From Candidatus Krumholzibacteriia bacterium (GTDB lineage: Bacteria > Krumholzibacteriota > Krumholzibacteriia > LZORAL124-64-63): DNA of 64,000 nucleotides. Both the position numbers and the translations under genes were made by a program. Every line of letters begins with the position of its first letter. The stretch's first letter is position 1. Shown here piece by piece: positions 38,037 to 47,459 of the stretch. The notes below the pieces were generated by a model. The model was given only the letters and a program-made list of their open reading frames with translations. It made no database searches and had not been told where the DNA came from. The stretch covers positions 1 to 64,000 of the forward strand of contig JAWOID010000108.1 in assembly GCA_046484865.1 (NCBI GenBank). Reading direction: 5' to 3'.

Positions 38037-40078
38037 GTGTCGTCGACCTCCACCTCGATGCGGACCAGACCGCTGACCGTCAGATGATCCGAGGCCAGCA
38101 CGCGGACCGGCAGACCGCCGGTCGACGGCAGGCGGACCTCGACCAGGACGTGCATTCCGGGCTCGCCCAGCAGACGTGCCTGCGCGGCCTCCAGCTCGAC
38201 CACGGGACGACTCACGACCGGCGCGACGCAGACGTGGGTCACCGGGTCGACGGTGCCGGCGGCCACGGCGGCCGGACCGATCACCAGCAGCGGCTCGGTC
38301 CGGATGCGCGCCGTGTCCCGGGCCGCGAGGATCCGGAGCTCCACGGCCATCGGGAAGTGGTTGGAGACCTCCGTGGTGACGCGGGCGCTGCCCGCGTGCG
38401 CGCGGATGCGTTCGGCCAGACCGTCGTCCAGGTCGAGCGGCTCGGGTTCGCCGCGGATCACGGCGCCGGTGATGATCACCTCGGCCGGCGCCTCGATGGC
38501 CCAGTCGAGAGCGGCCCAGTCGCCGCGGGACATGGTCCCGACGACGTCCCCGCCACCGGCGAGCACCTCGCCCGCGAGACTCACCTCGGTCGGCAGGTTG
38601 TTGAGGAACTCGACGATGCTGCTGTCGTGCTGATCGAGCACCACCGTGGACGAGCTCGGGCCGCGCCCGCCGGCGGGTGCGATCGTCGCGGTCACGTCCA
38701 GGGTGCGCTCGACGCCGGTCGCGGAGGTGCCCGTCAGGGTCAGCTCGGCGGTGGCCGGCACGCCGGCGGAGGTGGTGATGGTCAAGACCAGCATGGCGGC
38801 GGTCAGTTCGACGCCGTCGAGCTCGTCGGGCAGGTCGACCGTCTCGACGATCGGGCTCAGGGGCACTGTCAGGCCGGGGACCACTCCCGTGACGGAGGCG
38901 AATTCCAGCGAACCGGCGGCCACGTCCACGCTCAGACCCTGGTCGCCGCGCAGGTCCACTTCGACGTCGCCGCTGCCGGCCATGGTGACGCTCACCTCGC
39001 AGCGCAGCTCCTCGAGCAGGGCGCCGGCTTCGGCGCGCAGGGTGTGGCCGCCGAGATCGAGGTCGAGCGACCGCCTTTCGCCCGGCGCCAGGTCGAGTTG
39101 CAGCAGCAGGGGGAACCCGCGGTGATCGAACAGGTCGGGCCAGAGGACGACGGCGTGGCAGGCGATGTCCGTCTCGTTGTCCACGACCAGACGGCTGCCG
39201 CCGGCTGCGATCAGAGCCTCGCCCACCCGGTAGCCCGCCGGCAGTTCCCAGCTCATCTCGCCGCCGAAGATCTGGGGCGGGACGCGAGCGGTCGCCGCGG
39301 TCGCGGTGACGGCGGTGAATGCCACGTCCACCGCGAGGACGGCTGCCGCGTCGATCGTCACCGGCTCGTCGCCCGATCCCGGGGAGCCGCCGGTCAGACG
39401 TACCGCCAGCGTGCCGCCGGCGGTCACGCCCGCCAGATCGCCGGTCACCTCGATGGTCCCGCCCGCCGCGATCTCCGGCACCGGCACCTCGAACACCGGG
39501 GTTCCGTCGAGTCCGTCGAGCAACTGCAGGACGACCGCCTCGGGGGCGGTGCTCCCGGAGAAGGGGACCGGTAGCCCGTTGGTCACCGTCAGGCGCAGGG
39601 TGCCGGCGGCCACGACGATCGCGCTGACGCCCTCGAGCGGTTCGGCCTCGCTGGCGATGTCGCAGGTGAAGGGCGGCACCACCGTGACGAATCCGTCCAG
39701 GCCGGCGGCGGGAGGGAAGAGGTCGGCGAGAGCGAAGCTGTAGGCGACGGCCGGCAGGTCCACCACGAAGTCGCCGAGATCCGCCGAGGTGCTCGCGGCG
39801 GGCACGTCGACCGCCAGGTCGAAGTCGAGCGACACGGTGTCCGGGGTTCCGTCCACCGTGAACCGCAGGGCGCCGTCGGGGTCGGCGGTGAGGTAGTCCT
39901 CGTCGTCGACGAAGTCGCGCATGTCCAGGCGTTCCTCGCCGAGCGGCAGCGAGACGGCGGTCGTGAAGGTGGGCAGTTCCGGTTGCTGGATCTCGCAGCC
40001 GGCGATCGCCAGCAGCAGGACGGCGCCGGCTGTCGACAGGAACGGGACGGCGGCCCGGACGCGCAGTTGATGCGCCAT
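38030..40078 (-). CDS. Large beta-rich lipoprotein of unknown function
   Basis: LLLAIAGC lipobox; recurring strands (VTNGLPV, VDNETDI, VSNHFPM) suggest tandem beta-sandwich domains; ATG after AGGAG. Confidence 0.8.
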   Translation of the reverse strand: MAHQLRVRAAVPFLSTAGAVLLLAIAGCEIQQPELPTFTTAVSLPLGEERLDMRDFVDDEDYLTADPDGALRFTVDGTPDTVSLDFDLAVDVPAASTSADLGDFVVDLPAVAYSFALADLFPPAAGLDGFVTVVPPFTCDIASEAEPLEGVSAIVVAAGTLRLTVTNGLPVPFSGSTAPEAVVLQLLDGLDGTPVFEVPVPEIAAGGTIEVTGDLAGVTAGGTLAVRLTGGSPGSGDEPVTIDAAAVLAVDVAFTAVTATAATARVPPQIFGGEMSWELPAGYRVGEALIAAGGSRLVVDNETDIACHAVVLWPDLFDHRGFPLLLQLDLAPGERRSLDLDLGGHTLRAEAGALLEELRCEVSVTMAGSGDVEVDLRGDQGLSVDVAAGSLEFASVTGVVPGLTVPLSPIVETVDLPDELDGVELTAAMLVLTITTSAGVPATAELTLTGTSATGVERTLDVTATIAPAGGRGPSSSTVVLDQHDSSIVEFLNNLPTEVSLAGEVLAGGGDVVGTMSRGDWAALDWAIEAPAEVIITGAVIRGEPEPLDLDDGLAERIRAHAGSARVTTEVSNHFPMAVELRILAARDTARIRTEPLLVIGPAAVAAGTVDPVTHVCVAPVVSRPVVELEAAQARLLGEPGMHVLVEVRLPSTGGLPVRVLASDHLTVSGLVRIEVEVDDTW

Positions 40079-40392
40079 GACGCTTCTCCTCGGACTGGAC
40101 GGTCACGCGGGGGCTCCGTCGGGCCGGAAAGAAAGTTACGTACCCGTTCAGCGTGACGCCGTGGGGGTCCGTCCCCGGAAACCACGAGGAGCCGCCGGGA
40201 ACCGCCGGGAACGACGACGGCGGAGGCTGGAACTCCGGGACCTCCCAGGGTCGTGCGGAACACGGGAGGGCGTCGGAGCGAGCGGGCGATCTGCACGGGC
40301 GTGGCCGGCGCGTGGCCCCCGCGCCGTCCCGGGCCGCCCGGCCGGCCGCAGCAGCAGATAACGCCGGACGCCGGCGGAGAGCCGCCGCGCAC

Positions 40393-40422
40393 TTGACCGC
40401 CGCCCGCCGCGCTGCCTAGTAT
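40393..40422 (+). promoter_or_regulatory. Candidate sigma70-type promoter for the peptide ABC genes
   Basis: TTGACC-N18-TAGTAT. Confidence 0.45.
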
Positions 40423-40488
40423 CAGCGGGTTCCTGGCCCACCGTGCCCGCACCGCACCGCACCGCCCCGCCCGGTCCGGGGAGGGGAC

Positions 40489-41469
40489 ATGCTCCGCTTC
40501 ATCGTGCGCCGCCTACTCGTCACCGTGCTGCTCCTGTGGGGTCTGCTCACCGTGGTCTTCTTCCTGGTGCACGCGGTGCCGGGCGACCCGGTGGAACTGT
40601 TCATGCCGCAGGAGAGCGATCCCGAGGACGTGGTGCGGGTGCGCCAGCGGCTCGGGCTCGACCGGCCGGTGGCCGTGCAGTACCTCGACTGGCTGGGCGG
40701 CGTGGCCCGGGGCGACCTCGGCCGGAGCCTGCGGCTCCACCGGCCGGTGGCGACGATCGTGGCGGAGGCGGTCCCCCCGACGCTGCTGCTCACCGGCAGC
40801 GCCTACCTGCTGCACCTGGTGCTCGCGCTCTCCGCGGGCGTGTTCATGGGAGCGCATCGCGGCGGCCGCGCCGACCGGACGCTCAACGTGACCGGGCTCC
40901 TGCTGTACTCGCTGCCGGTGTTCTGGTTCGGACTGATGCTGGTCATGATCTTCTCGCGCCAGCTCGGCTGGTTGCCCTCCGGCGGGATGCACGCGCCCGA
41001 CGCGGAGTTCCTCGGCCCCTCGGCGCGGCTGGTCGACCGGCTCGAGCACATGGTGCTGCCGGTTTCGCTCCTGGCGCTGAGCTGGGCCGCCGGCACGGCG
41101 CGCTACGTGCGCAACGGCGTGGCCGAGGCGCTGGAGCAGGACCACGTGCTCGCCGCGCGCGCGCGCGGCCTGCCGGAACGCGTGGTGCTGGTACGCTACG
41201 GGCTGCGGAACGGCCTGCTGCCGGTGGTCACGCTGGTGGGGCTGCACCTGCCGGTCCTGCTGGGCGGGGCGGTGGCCACGGAAGCCATCTTCGCCTGGCC
41301 GGGCATGGGCCGGGTGACCATCGAGGCGGTCTGGGCCCGCGACTACCCGGTGGTGATGGCCACCACCTTCCTGGCGGGTGCGCTGGTGGCGCTCGGTTCG
41401 CTGTTCGCGGACATCCTGTACGGCATCGTGGACCCACGCGTGCGGCTCGGGCGGGAGTCGTCGTGGTGA
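40489..41469 (+). CDS. Peptide/nickel ABC transporter permease (OppB/DppB-like)
   Basis: VPGDPV, GLDRP, GDLGRSL, ARARGL, EAIFAWPGMG, RDYPVV, DPRVR. Confidence 0.95.
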   Translation: MLRFIVRRLLVTVLLLWGLLTVVFFLVHAVPGDPVELFMPQESDPEDVVRVRQRLGLDRPVAVQYLDWLGGVARGDLGRSLRLHRPVATIVAEAVPPTLLLTGSAYLLHLVLALSAGVFMGAHRGGRADRTLNVTGLLLYSLPVFWFGLMLVMIFSRQLGWLPSGGMHAPDAEFLGPSARLVDRLEHMVLPVSLLALSWAAGTARYVRNGVAEALEQDHVLAARARGLPERVVLVRYGLRNGLLPVVTLVGLHLPVLLGGAVATEAIFAWPGMGRVTIEAVWARDYPVVMATTFLAGALVALGSLFADILYGIVDPRVRLGRESSW

Positions 41470-42374
41470 GTGGAGGTCGAGCGCCGGCGCCGGTCGCGGC
41501 GATGCCGATGCCGGAGAGCCGGCTCGCCGGACGGCTGCGCGCCGACGCCGCGCTGCGCTGGGGACTCGTCGGCACCGCGTTCTGGCTGGTGACTGCGCTG
41601 CTGGGTCCCCTGATCCTGGCGGGCGAGCCCTCGGTGATCGGGCCGGCGGAGCTGCGCCTGGTGGCCCCCTCGTGGGCCCACCCTCTCGGGACCGACGCCC
41701 TCGGGCGCGACGTGCTGCAGCGGCTGGTGCACGGGGCCCGCGTGTCTCTCGCCGTGGGCGGCGTGAGCGTGCTGGTGGCGGTGCTCGCGGGGACCCTGGT
41801 GGGCCTGGCCGCCGGACTCGGTCCGCGCTGGCTCGAGAGCGTGCTCATGCGCGCCACCGACGTGCTGCTGGCGTTTCCCCGCATCTTCCTGGTCCTGCTG
41901 CTGGTGGCACTCTCGCGACCGTCGCTCCTGCTGGTCATGGTGGTCCTCGGGCTGACGGGCTGGATGCCGGTGGCGAGGCTCGTGCGCGGCGAGGTGCTGG
42001 CGTTGCGCGAGCGCGAATTCGTCACTGCCGCACGTGGTCTCGGACTCACATCGCTCCAGGTCGCCTGGCGCCACCTGCTGCCCAACCTGCTGCCGCTGCT
42101 GGCGCTCACCGCCGCCCTGCGGGTGGGGGAGGCCGTGCTGATGGAGGCCTTCCTGTCCTTCCTCGGGCTCGGTGCCCAGGAGCCGACGGTGAGCTGGGGC
42201 GCCATGATCGAGCAGGGCAGGCCCTTCCTGGTCGAGGGCTGGTGGATCGCCACCTTCCCGGGCCTGGCGCTGGTCGCGGCCGTCGTGAGCTTCAACCTGC
42301 TCGGCGACGGGCTGCGCGACCTCTGGGATCCGCGCACCGCGGACCGCACGCCGCCGCGCGAGACCGTCACATGA
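41466..42374 (+). CDS. Peptide/nickel ABC transporter permease (OppC/DppC-like)
   Basis: HPLGTDALGRD, GARVSL, ARLVRGE, HLLPN, LSFLGLG, FNLLGDGLRD; GTG overlapping the upstream stop. Confidence 0.95.
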   Translation: MSGGRAPAPVAAMPMPESRLAGRLRADAALRWGLVGTAFWLVTALLGPLILAGEPSVIGPAELRLVAPSWAHPLGTDALGRDVLQRLVHGARVSLAVGGVSVLVAVLAGTLVGLAAGLGPRWLESVLMRATDVLLAFPRIFLVLLLVALSRPSLLLVMVVLGLTGWMPVARLVRGEVLALREREFVTAARGLGLTSLQVAWRHLLPNLLPLLALTAALRVGEAVLMEAFLSFLGLGAQEPTVSWGAMIEQGRPFLVEGWWIATFPGLALVAAVVSFNLLGDGLRDLWDPRTADRTPPRETVT

Positions 42375-44185
42375 CCGGCGGGCCGCTGCTGCGGGTCGAG
42401 GACCTGCGGGTCGATTTTCCCGGACTCGCCGGCGGCCGGCCGGTGCCGGCGGCCGTCGCCGGTATCGACTGGGAGGTGAACGTCGGCGAGACGGTGGCTC
42501 TCGTGGGGCCGTCGGGCAGCGGCAAGACGCTGACGGCACGCGCCGTGCTGGGGCTGCTGCCGCCGGGCGCGCGGCGCCGCGGCCGCATCCTCTGGGAGGG
42601 ACGCGATCTCACGACCGGGCCGCCGGACCGGTGGCGTCGGCTGCGCGGGCGGGAGATGGCCCTCGTGCTGCAGGAACCCCTCGCGGCACTCAATCCGGTG
42701 CTCACGGTGGGCGACCAGGTGGCCGAGGCCGTGCGCTGGCTGCGCGGCTGCGGTCGCGACGAGGCGCACCGCACCATGCTGCAGCTCCTGGCCGAGGTTC
42801 AGCTTCCCGAGCCGGAGCGAGCGTCCCGGTGCTACCCCCATCAGCTCAGCGGCGGCATGCGGCAGCGCGCCCTGATCGCCACCGCCCTGGCGGGGGAGCC
42901 CCGGCTGCTGCTCGCCGACGAACCCACCACCGCGCTGGACGTCACGGTCCAGCACCGCCTCCTGCAGCTGCTCGACCACCTGCGCCGCGTGCGCGGCCTG
43001 GCTCTCGTGCTGGTGAGCCACGACCTGGCGGTGGTGGCCGAACTCGCCCAGCGGGCCGTGGTGCTGCACGAGGGGCGCGTCGTGGAGAGCGGCCCGGTGC
43101 GCGCGTTGCTGGCGGAGCCGTCCCACGCGGTCACGCGCGCCATGGTTGAGGCCTACCGGCGGCGCCACGTCCCACGACCGCCGGCGGCGGACGCGCCGGT
43201 GGTGTCGGCGCGAAACATCGAGGTGCGCTACGGCAGCGGCGGCCGGCCGGCGGTGGACGGGGTGGACGTGGACCTGGACCGCGGCCGCGTGCTCGGCCTG
43301 GCCGGGGAGTCCGGCTGCGGCAAGACCTCCCTGGCGCTGGCGCTGACCCGGTTCGTGCCGGCTCGAGCCACGCGGCTGCAGCTGGCGGGTGAGGATCTGC
43401 TGGCGCTGCGGGGCGCTCGGCTGCGGCGGGCGCGCCGGCGCATCCAGCTCGTCTTCCAGGACCCGCACGCCTCGCTGAATCCGCGCCGCACGGTGGCGCA
43501 GACCCTGGCCGAGGCGCTGGCGGCGGGGCGAACGCCGGGAACCGGCGGTCCCGGGCGGCGGAACGCCGGCGCGCGGGCGGCGGCGGACGCGGTCCGGGCG
43601 CTGGCCGCCGAGATGGATCTCGGCGCGGAACTGCTGCCCCGCTATCCGCACGCCCTTTCCGGCGGGCAGCGCCAGCGCGTGGCCATCGCCCGGGCGCTGG
43701 CGGTCGATCCCGACGTCATCATCGCCGACGAGCCGACGAGCGCCCTCGACGCACCGGTGCGCGTGAAGCTGCTGGAACGGTTGCTGGCGGCCCAGGAACG
43801 CCGCGGACTGGCGCTGCTGCTCATCTCGCACGACCTCGATCTCCTGGAGCGCTTCAGTGACCGGGTGGCGGTGATGCTGGACGGCGTGGTGGTCGAGGAG
43901 CGTCCGCTCGCCTCCAGCCCCTCGTTCCTGCACCCTTATTCCTGCGCGCTGGCGGCGGCGGCCCCGCGCCTGGCTCGCTCGAGCGCGGGCGGATCCGCTC
44001 CGCCGGCGACCGCAGCGGGGGACCCCACGTCCCGTCCGGACGGGCGGAACGCCTGTCCTCATGTCGCCCGCTGCGCGCTGAGCGAGGCCCGATGTCGCGC
44101 CTCGTTGCCGCCGCTGGTCGAGGTGGCGCCGGGACACCGGATCCGCTGTTTTCCGGTCTGCGATGCGCCAAGACCAATTTATTGA
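42371..44185 (+). CDS. Fused dual-domain peptide ABC ATPase (OppD/F-like)
   Basis: Two Walker A motifs (GPSGSGKT, GESGCGKT), two signatures ([16 protein letters not shown]), C-terminal HPY and four-Cys motif. Confidence 0.93.
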   Translation: MTGGPLLRVEDLRVDFPGLAGGRPVPAAVAGIDWEVNVGETVALVGPSGSGKTLTARAVLGLLPPGARRRGRILWEGRDLTTGPPDRWRRLRGREMALVLQEPLAALNPVLTVGDQVAEAVRWLRGCGRDEAHRTMLQLLAEVQLPEPERASRCYPHQLSGGMRQRALIATALAGEPRLLLADEPTTALDVTVQHRLLQLLDHLRRVRGLALVLVSHDLAVVAELAQRAVVLHEGRVVESGPVRALLAEPSHAVTRAMVEAYRRRHVPRPPAADAPVVSARNIEVRYGSGGRPAVDGVDVDLDRGRVLGLAGESGCGKTSLALALTRFVPARATRLQLAGEDLLALRGARLRRARRRIQLVFQDPHASLNPRRTVAQTLAEALAAGRTPGTGGPGRRNAGARAAADAVRALAAEMDLGAELLPRYPHALSGGQRQRVAIARALAVDPDVIIADEPTSALDAPVRVKLLERLLAAQERRGLALLLISHDLDLLERFSDRVAVMLDGVVVEERPLASSPSFLHPYSCALAAAAPRLARSSAGGSAPPATAAGDPTSRPDGRNACPHVARCALSEARCRASLPPLVEVAPGHRIRCFPVCDAPRPIY

Positions 44186-44210
44186 CAGGGGTTAGGCTGC
44201 TCTCTATATT
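44182..44210 (+). promoter_or_regulatory. Near-consensus sigma70 promoter of the receptor-CTD protein-porV operon
   Basis: TTGACA-N17-TATATT, overlapping the ATPase stop codon, in an AT-richer patch. Confidence 0.75.
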
Positions 44211-44410
44211 CAGGCGACGGCTGAAGGCGCTCTCGCGAATCCACGCCGCGGGTCGCCCAAGCCTTTGCCGCAGGAGCGGTTAGCAAGACAAGGCATCCCC
44301 ACTTCCAGCCAAGCCGAGATCGATCAGTGCGAGATAGAATTGCCGTCCATCAGGGCTCTCTCCCAACCAGGTGTCGGGTCGCCGCAGCACCAGTTGAAAG
44401 GAGTGCCGCC

Positions 44411-47407
44411 ATGCTTCGGCGTCACTGGATCCTCGGACTCGTGTACCTCGCGACGTTCGGGCTGCTCGGGATCGTGCAGCCGACCGTCGCGTTCGGCCAG
44501 GCGGCGCCAGGCACCATCCGGGGTGTCGTCAGGGACAGCGAGACCGGTGATCTGCTCGACTACGCCAATGTGCTGATCAAGGGGACCACACGCGGCACGA
44601 TGTCCCTGGGTGGCGGACAGTTCTACTTCCAGGGCCTGCCCCCGGGCACCTATACCGTGCAGGTGCTCTACCTGGGCTACGCGCCGGAGGAGAGGACGAT
44701 CCAGCTCTCGCCCGGCGAGACCGAGCAGGTCGAGTTCGGCCTGAAGGTCGTCATCGTCGAAACGCTCGCCGCGCTGGACGTGGAAGGCGCCATGTACATG
44801 GTGGAGGTCAAGAACGCCACCACCGAGCAGAAGATCGACGCCGAGAAGTTCCAGCGCTTCGCCATCGACTCGGTGGAGGATGCGCTCGCGAAGCAGGCCG
44901 GCATCGTGATGCGCGCGGGCGAACTCTACGTGCGTGGCGGTCGCTCGGGCGAGGTCTCGATGCGCATCGACGACGTGGCGGTGGACAACCCGCTCGGCGG
45001 ACAGGCGCTGTCCGTGTCCACGCTGGCGGTGGAGGCCATCAGCACGGTGACCGGCGGACTGGACGCCCAGTACGGCAACGCCCTCTCCGGCGTGGTGAAC
45101 ATCACCACCAAGACCGGCGGCGACGAGTTCGAGGGCGGACTGCGCTACCTGACCGACGATTTCGGCCGGCAGGACAAGACGTACACCAACTTCGACCGGT
45201 TCGAGTACGGGTTCGGCGGTCCCACCCCGGTCGACCGCCTCACCTACTACTTCTCGGGCGACGTCCAGTTCAGCGACACCGAGACCCCCTCGGTGGCGCA
45301 CCGACCCGAGTACAAGGTCAACCTCGGCGACATGACGCTGTTCAAGTTCCGCCGGCGCCAGTTCAACAGCGCGCGGGGCTCGGCCAAGCTGGCCTACGAG
45401 TTCAATCCCGACATGCTGGTCACCGCGGAGTACACCTTCTCGAACCGCATCCAGGAGTTCTACGCGCCCAACTGGAGCGTGTCCGGATACGCCAAGCGCA
45501 TCCTCTACATGCCCGAGGTCGTGCCCGCCGGCGGCGACCGCCTGCTGTACAGCGGCCGCCTGATCCCGGTCTTCTACGGTCCGTGGTACGAGAGCATGCT
45601 GTCGACCGCACGGCCGGCGGTGGTCCTCGATCAGCGCAACTCCAGCTTCATCCGCGAGACCTTGCCGGTGATGGACGTGCGCAGCGCATCGGATGGCCGC
45701 ACCTACCGGGTCGTGGCCCAGCCGCTGTACGACGGCTTCCGTTACCCGTACTCGGAATTCTCCACCGTGGCGGAGGACTCCTCGTACACGGCGTTCAACT
45801 CGGCCGACCGCGACCGGCAGAGCCGCAACATCGACCAGCAGGCTCGCCTGGTCTGGCGTCACAACCTCACCGACGACACGTTCTACACGATGAAGCTGGC
45901 CCTGCTCGCGTTCGACAACCGGGTCGACGTCGACGGCAAGGACCCGTGGCAGTACAACCACGGCGGTATCGAGTCGCCCGACCTGTTCACCGGTCTGTAC
46001 CCGATCTACCTGCGCAACGGGGGCGACTACTACACCGACCCGCTCACGCCGCTGTTCATCACTTACAGCGACTACCCCTACTATCAGGAGGAGTACAGCC
46101 GCCAGTACTCCATGAAGTTCGACCTCACCTCGAGCCGCTGGGACGGGCACCTGGTGATGACGGGTCTGCAGCTCGTCTACAACGACCTGGAGCGCTATGC
46201 GCTGGCCTCCCCGGCGGTCGAGCGCCAGAGCCGCTTCACGGGCGACTGGTCGCTGGGCGCCAACCGGAACGTCTTCCACACCTACAACCCGGAAGCGGCC
46301 TGGTACATCCAGGACCGGTGGGAGTACGAGGGCATGGTGGTGAACTACGGGTTCCGCTGGGACCTGTTCTCGCCCGGCTCCGCCGCCGCCATCGAGCTGA
46401 CCAACGAGGACGTCAACCGGAACGTGACCAAGTACAAGACGCAGTTCTCGCCGCGCCTCGGCTTCGCGTTCCCGATCACCGAGCGCGACGGGTTCTCGTT
46501 CCACTACGGCCGGTTCATCCAGTTCCCCGGCCGCGAGTACCTCTTTGCGAGCCAGGATCCGGTGGGCAACACCGGCGTGCTGGGCAACCCGAACCTCGAG
46601 CCCGAGACGCAGGTGCAGTACCAGGCGGGCATCAAGCATCAGTTCACCGACCATCTGGCGGGGCAGTTCGCGCTCTACAGCCGCGATACCTACAACCTGA
46701 TCGCCGCCACCGCGGTCACCGACCAGGCCACGGGGGAACAGCTGGCGCGCTACATCAACAAGGCGTACGCGTCGGCGCGAGGCGTGGAACTGTCGTTGAA
46801 CAAGCGCTTCAGCAGCAACTTCCAGTTCGATATCACCTACACGCTGGCGTACGCGGACGGCGTGGCGTCGGAACAGGAATTCGGCGCGGACCCCGAGGGC
46901 CTCGAATTCCTGCCGAACCAGGAGTTGCCGCTGGACTGGGACCAGCGCCACACCCTGAACTTCCTGCTCGCCGTCGCCGATCCGGGCGTGTGGAGCACCT
47001 CGTTCTCGTTCACCTACGGCAGCGGCTTCCCCTGGACGCCGTTCGATCGCTACGCGCGCAGGCAGGACCCGCTGCTGGAGAACAGCGAGCGGCTGCCCGC
47101 CACGTTCAGCCTGGACGTCCAGGCGGAGCGCAGCATCAACTTCTACGGGCAGCGCCTGACGCTGTACATGCAGGGCTTCAACCTGATCAACCAGGATGTC
47201 GTGCAGAACATCCAGCCGGGCATCTTCCCGGGCATGGTCAACGCGGCCAACGGCGGCGTGGCCTACCTGACGGAGACCGGCAAGTTCGGCGGCGCGTACC
47301 TGCAGGATGCCGACGGCGACAACTTCAACGAGTTCATTCCGATCAACGATCCGCGTGTGTTCGGTCAGCACCGGCTGTTCCGGATCGGGCTCGGCTGGAC
47401 GTTCTAG
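44411..47407 (+). CDS. TonB-dependent receptor with N-terminal carboxypeptidase-regulatory-like domain
   Basis: Signal peptide, GTIRGVVRD..ANVLIKGT..PGTYTV, plug (VRGGRSGE, GGLDAQYGNALSGVVNITTK), barrel (YIQDRWE, FSPRLG, GNPNLEPE), ends IGLGWTF; ATG after AAAGGAG. Confidence 0.93.
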   Translation: MLRRHWILGLVYLATFGLLGIVQPTVAFGQAAPGTIRGVVRDSETGDLLDYANVLIKGTTRGTMSLGGGQFYFQGLPPGTYTVQVLYLGYAPEERTIQLSPGETEQVEFGLKVVIVETLAALDVEGAMYMVEVKNATTEQKIDAEKFQRFAIDSVEDALAKQAGIVMRAGELYVRGGRSGEVSMRIDDVAVDNPLGGQALSVSTLAVEAISTVTGGLDAQYGNALSGVVNITTKTGGDEFEGGLRYLTDDFGRQDKTYTNFDRFEYGFGGPTPVDRLTYYFSGDVQFSDTETPSVAHRPEYKVNLGDMTLFKFRRRQFNSARGSAKLAYEFNPDMLVTAEYTFSNRIQEFYAPNWSVSGYAKRILYMPEVVPAGGDRLLYSGRLIPVFYGPWYESMLSTARPAVVLDQRNSSFIRETLPVMDVRSASDGRTYRVVAQPLYDGFRYPYSEFSTVAEDSSYTAFNSADRDRQSRNIDQQARLVWRHNLTDDTFYTMKLALLAFDNRVDVDGKDPWQYNHGGIESPDLFTGLYPIYLRNGGDYYTDPLTPLFITYSDYPYYQEEYSRQYSMKFDLTSSRWDGHLVMTGLQLVYNDLERYALASPAVERQSRFTGDWSLGANRNVFHTYNPEAAWYIQDRWEYEGMVVNYGFRWDLFSPGSAAAIELTNEDVNRNVTKYKTQFSPRLGFAFPITERDGFSFHYGRFIQFPGREYLFASQDPVGNTGVLGNPNLEPETQVQYQAGIKHQFTDHLAGQFALYSRDTYNLIAATAVTDQATGEQLARYINKAYASARGVELSLNKRFSSNFQFDITYTLAYADGVASEQEFGADPEGLEFLPNQELPLDWDQRHTLNFLLAVADPGVWSTSFSFTYGSGFPWTPFDRYARRQDPLLENSERLPATFSLDVQAERSINFYGQRLTLYMQGFNLINQDVVQNIQPGIFPGMVNAANGGVAYLTETGKFGGAYLQDADGDNFNEFIPINDPRVFGQHRLFRIGLGWTF

Positions 47408-47459
47408 AATGCGACCGCGGCGGAGCCGCGGGCCCGGCCCGCGGAGGGAAAGGAACGCC

